Source of the DNA: a virus
Length of the DNA: 42,524 nucleotides
UHGV virus genome: UHGV-0037043
Direction: 5' to 3' (one strand)
In this document: positions 34,093 through 41,806 of the stretch, one piece after another
Layout of the letters: the number at the start of each line of letters is the position of its first letter
Position numbering within the stretch: position 1 is the first letter of the stretch
The notes under the pieces: model-generated
Database searches by the model: none
Told to the model about the DNA's origin: nothing
The model's input: the letters and a program-made list of their open reading frames with translations, nothing else
Program-made: the position numbers and the translations under genes

Positions 34093-34383
34093 TTACTCCT
34101 CCTTAATTTGAATGCCTGTTATGAAGAAACCATCTGTGAATCGTTTCTTTTCTACATTGTAACATTGCATTATGTTGTTGTCAATAGTTTTTATTCCTCC
34201 TCTATTGGCGATTGCGATTTCTTGAATTACTTTTTTATACTCTGATAATTTTACTTTGTCTTTTTTGTTTCCTGTGATTATTACTCTATTATATAGTAGC
34301 TTTTGTTCAATGTCAAGTGTTTTTAACCACTCTTCGTATTGGTGCATGATTTCATATGGTTCTCCTGTAAATGTGACTTGCAT
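34093..34383 (-). CDS. Hypothetical protein, paralogue of 34387..34704 (N-terminal MxVxFTGxP...EEWL).
   Basis: MQVTFTGEPYEIMHQYEEWL compared with MKVIFTGTPQQIKKEMEQWL. Confidence 0.45.
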   Translation of the reverse strand: MQVTFTGEPYEIMHQYEEWLKTLDIEQKLLYNRVIITGNKKDKVKLSEYKKVIQEIAIANRGGIKTIDNNIMQCYNVEKKRFTDGFFITGIQIKEE

Positions 34384-34386
34384 ACT

Positions 34387-34704
34387 TTAGTCCTCCTTAA
34401 TTAGTTTTAGATTGGTTAAAATACGAAATTTGTTTGTCCGTTTTTCCTTTACACCACAGCTTTGTAGTTCCTGTTTAAATACTTTCCACTCATGACCGTC
34501 TAGTTGACACGTTTGCTTAACAAAACGTATTGGTAATACATCCTTCTCGTTTTGTGTTAACGTAATGTGATGTTGACTTAGTTTTGTTGATACGTTGTTG
34601 AGTGACTCCTGTTTATTTAATTCAGTTTTTAATTGATTATCAGTCAACCATTGTTCCATCTCTTTTTTAATTTGTTGTGGTGTGCCAGTAAATATTACTT
34701 TCAT
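34387..34704 (-). CDS. Hypothetical protein. Its C-terminal EKRTNKFRILTNLK resembles the C-terminus of the D5-like primase-helicase.
   Basis: 105 aa; first gene behind the origin-proximal promoter P11. Confidence 0.45.
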   Translation of the reverse strand: MKVIFTGTPQQIKKEMEQWLTDNQLKTELNKQESLNNVSTKLSQHHITLTQNEKDVLPIRFVKQTCQLDGHEWKVFKQELQSCGVKEKRTNKFRILTNLKLIKED

Positions 34705-34734
34705 TTTTAATTCCTCCTCTTTATTTATGAGTTA

Positions 34735-34763
34735 AGTATAGCATTGGTGGAAACAATTGTCAA
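34735..34763 (-). promoter_or_regulatory. Early promoter P11 (first leftward promoter): TTGACA-17-TATACT.
   Basis: Minus strand TTGACAattgtttccaccaatgcTATACTtaactcataaataaagaggagg. Confidence 0.65.
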
Positions 34764-34765
34764 CT

Positions 34766-35280
34766 ATTTTGTTGAGATTTTATCAGAATGACGAATTGAA
34801 CCATGTATGACAGAAAATCAATGACATTTGATGATCGCTCTAACCCTTGATACACTTGAGTTTCTAGAGACCAATGACATTTGGGATTTTTAAGGAATGC
34901 TGTAATATCAACGTTTAGAGACCATGTGCTGTTAAAAATGTCAAACGACCTATATATGATTTATATTACTACATTATGATGTAATAACTATTTATATATA
35001 CTTATATATAGAATGTCAGAATGTCAATAACGTAGTAAAAGCCTTGGGAGAGTAAGGAGACAGCGATTTTCAATTCGTCATTCGTTTGACATTCACTAAG
35101 CCAAACTAGTTACTGTTATTGATATTAAAGCATTTGGCTAATGACAAACTCTGTCATTCTTAAAAACACAACTTTTTGAATCTGTTATTTAATTAATAAA
35201 GCCAACTGGTTTACCCAATACTCAACACATAATCCCTCATCTATGATATAATTAGTACATAGGATAAAGGAGGAGATAAT
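34766..35280. other. Divergent intergenic control region / putative origin of replication.
   Basis: 515-bp ORF-free stretch at the strand switch. 15-bp perfect inverted repeat gaatgacgaattgaa (34786-34800) / ttcaattcgtcattc (35069-35083); iterated aatgacatttg and (a/t)gagacca(a)tg motifs; AT-rich core 34960-35030. Confidence 0.5.
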
Positions 35281-35469
35281 ATGAAGGATATCTTAAACTC
35301 AATTATTGAAGCAGTCTTAATAGTGGCTCTATTGATTGGTTATGGATATATTGCAATCTATCTAGGAATGAAACTACCATATCAATTATGGATTAATGGA
35401 GACTGGGGTTTTGCAATTGCGCAGGCAGTCATTGTGTGGACCTGGTTGTTAGGAGGTAAACGTAAATGA
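35281..35469 (+). CDS. Small membrane protein ending ...WTWLLGGKRK.
   Basis: 62 aa; RBS AAGGAGGAG; ATGA overlap with the next ORF. Confidence 0.45.
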   Translation: MKDILNSIIEAVLIVALLIGYGYIAIYLGMKLPYQLWINGDWGFAIAQAVIVWTWLLGGKRK

Positions 35470-35597
35470 AAGAAACACTAATTACTGTGTTGATTATTCT
35501 GCTAACGTTTATGGTCATCATTGGTTACGTAGGAATTACTCCATTATTAGGACTACTCATTGTGTGGAGCTGGTTATTAGGAGGCAAACGTAAATGA
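35466..35597 (+). CDS. Small membrane protein (43 aa), paralogue of 35281..35469 (ends ...WSWLLGGKRK).
   Basis: ATGA-coupled at both ends. Confidence 0.4.
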   Translation: MKETLITVLIILLTFMVIIGYVGITPLLGLLIVWSWLLGGKRK

Positions 35598-35767
35598 AAA
35601 AACTAAGTGATAAACAATTACTACAACTAACAAAGACTGAGTTGTTAGAAGAATATCGTAAGTTAGAGGAAACTAAGACTAACAATGATATCTCACTCAA
35701 TGAAGCTATTACTATTGTAAAGAACAATGGTTATGTGGTCAAACCAAAGACATCATATGACTTTTAA
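35594..35767 (+). CDS. Small hydrophilic protein (57 aa).
   Basis: MKKLSDKQLLQLTKTELLEEYRKLEE... in the coupled chain. Confidence 0.4.
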   Translation: MKKLSDKQLLQLTKTELLEEYRKLEETKTNNDISLNEAITIVKNNGYVVKPKTSYDF

Positions 35768-35779
35768 GGAGGATAAAGT

Positions 35780-35965
35780 ATGGACTTATCTAATGTATCC
35801 AGTGACGAGCTGTTAGAAATAGCAGACAATGTAACACGTCTCAAAAACTTAAAGGATGCTATCAAAGAGTATGAAGTATATTATATGCAAGTCAACGAAG
35901 ACTATGCACGTGTAATAAATGAGATTACAGACCTAGAACGTAAACTAAAGGAGGTGGGATTATAA
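35780..35965 (+). CDS. Small acidic protein.
   Basis: 61 aa; RBS AAGGAGGA. Confidence 0.45.
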   Translation: MDLSNVSSDELLEIADNVTRLKNLKDAIKEYEVYYMQVNEDYARVINEITDLERKLKEVGL

Positions 35966-36147
35966 TGCCATTCATGCCATGTAAACACGCTGATTGCAAC
36001 GAGACAGTACAAGTACCTAACAAGTATTGCTATAAGCATACACCTAAGAAAGCAGCAGTTAAGTTAGATGAGTTAGTAAGTACACAAGTGGAAGAGGTTA
36101 AGAGTCTTAACACTAAGTCTAATAAAACAAAGAAGACTACTAAATAA
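35965..36147 (+). CDS. Zinc-ribbon protein, paralogous to the N-terminus of the cos-linked HNH.
   Basis: MPFMPCKHADCNETVQVPNKYCYKHTP compared with MPQRICAEPTCRARVDIPERYCEQHRG. Confidence 0.4.
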   Translation: MPFMPCKHADCNETVQVPNKYCYKHTPKKAAVKLDELVSTQVEEVKSLNTKSNKTKKTTK

Positions 36148-36180
36148 TAGTAGTCTTTTCTTATAGAAAGGATTGATAGT

Positions 36181-36570
36181 ATGCCACAAAGAATATGTGC
36201 TGAACCAACATGTAGAGCAAGAGTAGATATTCCAGAAAGATATTGTGAACAACACAGAGGTCACTCAGATAAGCAGTACAATAAACATGTGAGGACTAAT
36301 GACTTCAATAAGAAGTACAATGACTTCTATCACAGTAGTCAATGGACTAAGACTCGTAAGGCTAAGCTTATGGAGCAACCACTATGCGAGGTATGCTTGG
36401 CACAAGGACGTATGACCAAGGCTGATATGGTGCATCACATCATTGAGTTAAGAAGTCCAAACGGATGGGAACACAGATTAGATATGAATAATTTAGAATC
36501 AATCTGTTATCCTTGTCACAACAAAGAGACTCACAGATACAGTTGGAAGAATGGTGGTAGAAATTTTTAA
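36181..36570 (+). CDS. HNH endonuclease (terminase-associated, cos-type).
   Basis: Zinc ribbon plus HNH core (...VHHIIELR...N...CYPCHNKETH), immediately upstream of the cos-like region and terS. Confidence 0.75.
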   Translation: MPQRICAEPTCRARVDIPERYCEQHRGHSDKQYNKHVRTNDFNKKYNDFYHSSQWTKTRKAKLMEQPLCEVCLAQGRMTKADMVHHIIELRSPNGWEHRLDMNNLESICYPCHNKETHRYSWKNGGRNF

Positions 36571-36844
36571 GCCAGCCATAAAATATTTTCTGACCAGCGC
36601 TAAAAATATTTTACCCCCCTACCTTTTTTACTCAGCCTAATCGCTGATGACTCTTCTTCACACGAATTTCTAAAAATGAACTTTCAAAAACGCCCTTTTC
36701 CCCTCGTAAACGTGATTTAAACCTGGTTTCTTGTGTTGAAAATCAAGACTTACCACTATATGTAGTATGTTATTTCTCTTATACGATTGTTCCCTTAGTA
36801 AACACGATTGACCCCTGGTTTCTCAACACAGTCTTTTGGAAGTA
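36571..36844. other. Putative cos / terminase-recognition region.
   Basis: Non-coding; direct repeats ccagcCATaaaatatttt / ccagcGCTaaaaatatttt (36573-36612); C-rich tacccccctacc (36611-36623); repeats gtaaacRYGATTnAnCCCTGGTTTCT (36706-36743 and 36798-36834). Lies between the HNH and terS, as in cos phages. Confidence 0.4.
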
Positions 36845-36853
36845 TGATATAAT
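36845..36853 (+). promoter_or_regulatory. Extended -10 promoter TGATATAAT upstream of 36911/HNH/terS.
   Basis: Direct reading. Confidence 0.4.
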
Positions 36854-36910
36854 AAACACTATAGGGGAGATGCGCTTAAGTGTCAACAATAAAGTAAGGG
36901 AGGTAGAAAA

Positions 36911-37096
36911 ATGCCAGCACCAAAACCAGTCTTAGTTAAAGATTTGTCAACTGGGCAAACGAGAAAATTCAAGTCACAATTTGCCGCAGACGAATTTTAT
37001 GGAAAGAAACGTGGATATTTTAAAGACGTTAAAACGAAACTTGGCGGTCGCAATCGTTCTTTTGAAATTACAGAAGCACCTAAGGAGGAAAAATAA
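36911..37096 (+). CDS. Small basic protein.
   Basis: 61 aa; RBS AAGGGAGG. Confidence 0.45.
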   Translation: MPAPKPVLVKDLSTGQTRKFKSQFAADEFYGKKRGYFKDVKTKLGGRNRSFEITEAPKEEK

Positions 37097-37426
37097 ATGG
37101 CAGAACAGTGGAAGACAATTCCAGGGTATCCTAATTATAAAGTTTCAACAAACGGTCGTGTATTAGCTACAGACGGTATAAAACAAACACAAATTAAACC
37201 GTATGAGAAAGACCATGGGTACTTATGTGTAGACTTATATAAGAATGGTCAACGCACAGGTAAGAGAGTTCATGTGTTAGTGGCTGAAGCGTTTCTTGGT
37301 GGTAAAAAAGACGGATTTACTGTAGACCATAAAGACCGCAATAGACATAATAATAAGGTGTCAAATCTCGTTTGGTCAAGTGTATCAGACCAGAACAAAA
37401 ACAGAACATCATGGGCTAAGGAGTGA
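37097..37426 (+). CDS. HNH_3/AP2-type homing endonuclease.
   Basis: WKTIPGYPNYKVSTNGRV...VHVLVAEAF...VDHKDRNRHNNKVSNLVW motifs. Confidence 0.7.
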   Translation: MAEQWKTIPGYPNYKVSTNGRVLATDGIKQTQIKPYEKDHGYLCVDLYKNGQRTGKRVHVLVAEAFLGGKKDGFTVDHKDRNRHNNKVSNLVWSSVSDQNKNRTSWAKE

Positions 37427-37430
37427 TAAA

Positions 37431-37895
37431 ATGGCAAGACCAAGGAAATTACTAAACGCACAGAGCGGAAACTTAACAGTTGAACAACGTGAAGAGCGTG
37501 AGAAAGAGGAGGAAGTTTTATATAACTACGATAAATTAGATTTTAGTTTTTATCCGCCAGGATTACTACCACAAGCGTTCAACGAGTGGGATAGAATTGG
37601 CGCATACGTTGGAGACCTCCCCATCTCAGAACTAGACGTTAACACTGTAATTAGATATTGCAACTATAATTATCTATATGGTGAAGCAACTGAACGAGTA
37701 GCACAAGAAGGTGCGGTGGATATGGAAACAGGTAAAGCAAATCCTTGGGTTGCTGCAATGAACTCATATTCTAAAGAACTAAAATCTGCAACAAATGATT
37801 TAGGGTTAACAATCAACTCAAGGTTAAAAATTGTTTTACCATCAGAAAAAGAAAAAGAAGTAATTGACCCATTGGCAAAAATGTTTGAGGGATAA
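37431..37895 (+). CDS. terS: Terminase small subunit (P27 family). Start at ATG 37431 after an AAGGAG RBS.
   Basis: MARPRKLLNAQSGNLTVEQ...; ~155 aa; upstream of terL. Confidence 0.7.
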   Translation: MARPRKLLNAQSGNLTVEQREEREKEEEVLYNYDKLDFSFYPPGLLPQAFNEWDRIGAYVGDLPISELDVNTVIRYCNYNYLYGEATERVAQEGAVDMETGKANPWVAAMNSYSKELKSATNDLGLTINSRLKIVLPSEKEKEVIDPLAKMFEG

Positions 37896-37917
37896 GCTAC
37901 ACAAACTAAGAATTTTG

Positions 37918-37926
37918 TGTTATAAT
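37918..37926 (+). promoter_or_regulatory. Extended -10 promoter TGTGTTATAAT, 20 nt after the terS stop.
   Basis: Direct reading. Confidence 0.45.
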
Positions 37927-37933
37927 ATATTCA

Positions 37934-38531
37934 AGCGAGTATGGGGGCGCCTCTTAACAATGCGTACCACCCCATGCCAATAAACTTAATATTGGAATTG
38001 GGGCGTATTTCTTCGGATTGCGCTTGTCCTACAGCATGCTTGTTGTAGGATATACATAGTGGGTGGCATCTAAGACACCTCTTGTGACACCGCAAGCAAG
38101 AGTATGCCAAAACGTGTGGGTACACTCGCACTGTGACGGAGTTGGAAACCTTAACCGTCAGCGGTAAAGTTTCAGGGTAATAGTCATTACTTTAAAACCT
38201 GTAAAGGTAGTTGCGACCCAGTGACTGAGAGCACGCATGCAGCTCTGCAAAGCAACAACATTGGCTATCTAGTCATAGCCCTGATACCTGATCTGTCCCC
38301 ATTGGACACAGTAAGGGAGATTCTGTATTACAGTGGAACGCCACCACTTTAAAAAAGGTTCCGTGTACGGCACACGTAAACGACCGTTCGCTATGGTATC
38401 TAGCGTATGCGTGATAGTATGACCCTCTTTGACGACAAGCACGACAAATGCAGTTAGCCACATAACAGAGGGCGTGGAAACCTGCAGATACTAACCTCCC
38501 ACTAGTCTAGCTAACTAGTGGGTCTTTTTTT
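37934..38531 (+). ncRNA. Candidate large structured non-coding RNA (~600 nt), class unassigned (ROOL/GOLLD-like?).
   Basis: GC ~48-50% against ~33% in the flanks. No RBS-preceded ORF on either strand. Has its own promoter and a perfect-stem terminator. Multiple local helices. Confidence 0.45.
38498..38531 (+). terminator. Intrinsic terminator closing the GC-rich unit.
   Basis: cccactagt-ctagctaa-actagtggg: perfect 9-bp stem, then TCTTTTTTT. Confidence 0.8.
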
Positions 38532-38532
38532 A

Positions 38533-38541
38533 TGCTATAAT
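38533..38541 (+). promoter_or_regulatory. Extended -10 promoter TTTTTTATGCTATAAT for terL.
   Basis: Direct reading, followed by AAAAGGAGGA RBS and the ATG at 38574. Confidence 0.5.
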
Positions 38542-38573
38542 ATACTTGACTAGCAGAAAAGGAGGATACATAT

Positions 38574-40349
38574 ATGTTTGACCCAGTACAAGATTATGTA
38601 GATTTAATTGAAAAAGGATATGTAGAAGGTAGGAAATACATTGTTGAAGATGGCAAATATAAGACAATTAAAGTTGATGTTCGTGTAGGAACAAAAATTA
38701 AAAAGGCTATTGAACGCCACCAACGAGAAGTTGAATTATCTAAAACACCAGAGTATCCATATATTTATAGACCAGAAGAATCACTTCCAGTCATTAGATT
38801 TATGGAAATGCTACCTGACCCAAAAAGTCGTAAACCAATGAAGTTAGCTACCTTCCAAAAATTCATCATTGGGTTACTATATGGTTGGCGTAAAAAGAGA
38901 GATAATACTAGACGTTTTAGAAAGGCATATATCTCACTAGCACGTAAGAACGGTAAATCACTACTGGTTTCAGGAATCGCACTATATGAGTTTCTATTTG
39001 GTAAAAACCCAGCAGCCAGCCGTCAAGTTGTTGCTGCAGCAAATACTAAGGAGCAAGCAGGTATTGTTTTTAGAATGCTCAAATCTCAGCTAACAGCACT
39101 ACGTAGCGTTTCAAAAGAAGTTAAGAAAAGAACCACTGTTCGCAGATATGATATTGAAGCTAGTGATGAGTCAACAGTTAAACCACTATCAAGTGACGCT
39201 GACACACTAGACGGACTAGACGTGTTATGTGGCATTTTAGATGAATATGGCGAAGCGAAAGACACTGCTATTATTGAAGTATTAGAATCATCACAAGCCC
39301 AACAATTAGAAGGTTTAATTTTAATGATATCTACAGCTACCAAAAACCTAAATGGACCAATGTACACAATAGATTATCAATTTGTTGATAAGCTACTCAA
39401 CGAAGAAGTCAAAGGAGATGCGTATCTTGCATTATGTTGGGAGATGGATAGTCTATCAGAAGTAGATGATGAAGCTAACTGGATAAAAGCAAACCCTTTA
39501 CTGGAAATACCAGAAGCGTATGAGTCAATGATGGAACATAAACGCAACTCACTTGATGAATATAAAGGTAAAATGGACTTATCAGGATGGTTAACAAAAG
39601 AAGAAAATTTCTGGGTTCAATCATCTAAAGATAGTTTTGTAACCAAGGAAGAGTGGGATGCAATTAAAGCACCAAAGAAATACGATATTAAAGGACGTAA
39701 AGTATACATTGGCTTAGACATCGCTAGAACATCAGACATGACTGCCGTCTCATGGATTATCCCTATTGAAGAAGAGCACAAACTACTACTGGACACGCAT
39801 GGTTTCGTATCATCAGTTGGTGGTATAGACCATAAACAAGCTATTGACAAAATACCATATAGACAATATGAGTCAATGAACCTCATTCATATTTCTCAAC
39901 GTGAGGACGGCTTAATTGATACAGAAGAAATGTGTGATTGGATAAGAGACTTTATAGATTACAACGAGTTACAGTTAATTGGTATTTATTATGACCCATT
40001 CATGATGGATAAAGCGTTAATTAATTTAAGTAAAACGTATCCTAAAAAACTAATTGAAGTACCTCAGAAAATTAACTATTTATCATCACCAACAAGAGCG
40101 TTACGTGAGCTCATTCGCAGAGATGAAGTTATTCACACAAATAACCCTTTGTTAAATCGTGCAGCCTACAACGCAATGATTAAAGAGTATAATGACAGTG
40201 TGGCAATAGATAAAGGTATGAATAGGAACAAAATTGACCCTATTGATGCTGTGATAAATGCCATGAGTGATGCTCAATATCATGATTTTGACGCACCAAC
40301 ATTGCAAGATTTACTTGATAGTGGAGAATTTGGCTTTGGGTATGCTTAA
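38574..40349 (+). CDS. terL: Terminase large subunit.
   Basis: 591 aa; Walker A-like LARKNGKS; Terminase_1-like layout with a C-terminal nuclease region. Confidence 0.85.
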   Translation: MFDPVQDYVDLIEKGYVEGRKYIVEDGKYKTIKVDVRVGTKIKKAIERHQREVELSKTPEYPYIYRPEESLPVIRFMEMLPDPKSRKPMKLATFQKFIIGLLYGWRKKRDNTRRFRKAYISLARKNGKSLLVSGIALYEFLFGKNPAASRQVVAAANTKEQAGIVFRMLKSQLTALRSVSKEVKKRTTVRRYDIEASDESTVKPLSSDADTLDGLDVLCGILDEYGEAKDTAIIEVLESSQAQQLEGLILMISTATKNLNGPMYTIDYQFVDKLLNEEVKGDAYLALCWEMDSLSEVDDEANWIKANPLLEIPEAYESMMEHKRNSLDEYKGKMDLSGWLTKEENFWVQSSKDSFVTKEEWDAIKAPKKYDIKGRKVYIGLDIARTSDMTAVSWIIPIEEEHKLLLDTHGFVSSVGGIDHKQAIDKIPYRQYESMNLIHISQREDGLIDTEEMCDWIRDFIDYNELQLIGIYYDPFMMDKALINLSKTYPKKLIEVPQKINYLSSPTRALRELIRRDEVIHTNNPLLNRAAYNAMIKEYNDSVAIDKGMNRNKIDPIDAVINAMSDAQYHDFDAPTLQDLLDSGEFGFGYA

Positions 40350-40419
40350 TAAGCATACCCTTTTTGCTAATATTTGTGTTAAAATAGAGATAGAAATATC
40401 GCAAAAGGAGCGTGAAAAC

Positions 40420-40593
40420 ATGAAATTTGTTGCGGTTATTGTAGCTGTTTTATATATAATTAGCATGGTATTTATTGCTTTAGCTGCTTTTTTAGTATCA
40501 AACACACTTGGTTTACTCACATGTGGCTTAGGATTCATGATTCCATCAATCGTGCTATACTATGAAGCCACAAAATCAGAGGAAAGGGGGTAA
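40420..40593 (+). CDS. Small 2-TM membrane protein between terL and the portal gene.
   Basis: MKFVAVIVAVLYIISMVFIALAAFLVSN... after RBS AAAAGGAGCG. The longer track ORF 40267.. overlaps the terL 3' end. Confidence 0.4.
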   Translation: MKFVAVIVAVLYIISMVFIALAAFLVSNTLGLLTCGLGFMIPSIVLYYEATKSEERG

Positions 40594-40599
40594 TAATTA

Positions 40600-41799
40600 A
40601 TGGGATTATTTATAAACAATGGTACACCAGTTACAGAACAACAGTTCATAGACTATATTAATACGGGTACAGTATATAGTACCAATTTCACAGGGCTAAA
40701 AGCTTTGGCAAACTCAGATATTTACACAGGTGTGAATATTATAGCTGGTGATATTGCACAAAGTCCATTCAAACCAATTAACAACAGTACTGTAGATGAA
40801 TCGCTGTTGACATTATTAAACAAAGAACCGAAAACTAATCAATCACACTACACTATGATGTATGCAGTAGTGTCAAACTTAATTTTAACTGGTAATGCCT
40901 ACATTTTAATTCATAGAAACGATGATAAGTCAGTTAAAGAGTTAGAATTTGTGGAAACACAACAAGTTAACGTCATTAGAGACCTTATTACAGGTGAGTA
41001 TAGGTATGAAGTTAATATGCCGTATGGTAATATCATGTATAAATGCACTCCAAACGATATATTACATTTCAAATTAACAACCACTGATGGGTGGCTAGGT
41101 CGCTCTCCATTACTAGCATTAAATGAAGAGATAGCACTACAAACTAATGGTTTGAAAGTACTTAACAACTTCTTTTCAAAAGGTGTATTCTCAGGTGGTA
41201 TTCTTAAACTATTGAACGGTACTGTAAACAACCAAACAAAAGCAAAAATTAGAGAAGACTTTGAAAAAGTAAACGGTGCTGGAGGAACGATTGTTCTTGA
41301 TGACACCCAAGACTTTACGGAAAACAAAATAAACACAGAAGTATTGAAACTAATCCAAGCAAATAAATTTAGTACACAACAAATTGCTAAAGTTTTAGGT
41401 ATTCCAGTAAATAGATTTGGACAAGAACTAGTGAACTCATCTGATACAGGTCAGAATGATATTTACATTGCTAGCACAATAGCTATGTATGAATCATCTA
41501 TCTGTGATGAGATAAACCTAAAATTAGGAGTAGAGTTAGAGTTAGACTTATCTAAATTACGTCAAGACACTAAAGAAGATAGACTGCGTAGAATTGCAGA
41601 AGGTAAAGTTAAGTCTGAGTTTGCACAAGCATTGACAGTTAACGATGCACGCACCTACCTTGGCTTCCAAGAGATTGATGGCGGACAACAGTTATTAGGT
41701 CAAATGAAAAATAATACAACAAATACAAATGAACAGGATGTGAAAGTGAATGACGAAGAACATGGAGATACGAGCACTACAGACACTGGAGAAGAGTGA
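40600..41799 (+). CDS. Portal protein (HK97 family).
   Basis: 399 aa in the position and with the pattern of an HK97-type portal; acidic C-terminal tail. Confidence 0.8.
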   Translation: MGLFINNGTPVTEQQFIDYINTGTVYSTNFTGLKALANSDIYTGVNIIAGDIAQSPFKPINNSTVDESLLTLLNKEPKTNQSHYTMMYAVVSNLILTGNAYILIHRNDDKSVKELEFVETQQVNVIRDLITGEYRYEVNMPYGNIMYKCTPNDILHFKLTTTDGWLGRSPLLALNEEIALQTNGLKVLNNFFSKGVFSGGILKLLNGTVNNQTKAKIREDFEKVNGAGGTIVLDDTQDFTENKINTEVLKLIQANKFSTQQIAKVLGIPVNRFGQELVNSSDTGQNDIYIASTIAMYESSICDEINLKLGVELELDLSKLRQDTKEDRLRRIAEGKVKSEFAQALTVNDARTYLGFQEIDGGQQLLGQMKNNTTNTNEQDVKVNDEEHGDTSTTDTGEE

Positions 41800-41806
41800 G
41801 GATAAT

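Noticed and set aside
37931-38463. Minus-strand ORFs of 60-66 aa (37931..38131, 38269..38463, 38273..38461) inside the GC-rich terS-terL spacer.
   Set aside because: No RBS, mutually overlapping, on the strand opposite to all neighbouring late genes. High GC inflates random ORF length. Treated as non-coding.
37896-38573. Idea that the GC-rich block is a group I/II intron interrupting terS or terL.
   Set aside because: terS ends with a normal stop and has full P27-family length. terL has its own promoter, RBS and an in-frame stop 9 codons upstream of its ATG. No exon continuity is evident. An ORF-less intron remnant cannot be fully excluded without covariance models.
41750-41806. ATG 41750 as the prohead protease start (track ORF 41750..42301).
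   Set aside because: It would overlap the portal gene by 50 nt with no RBS. GTG 41807, 5 nt after a GAGG, gives the conserved VVEGYA N-terminus. The choice remains uncertain.
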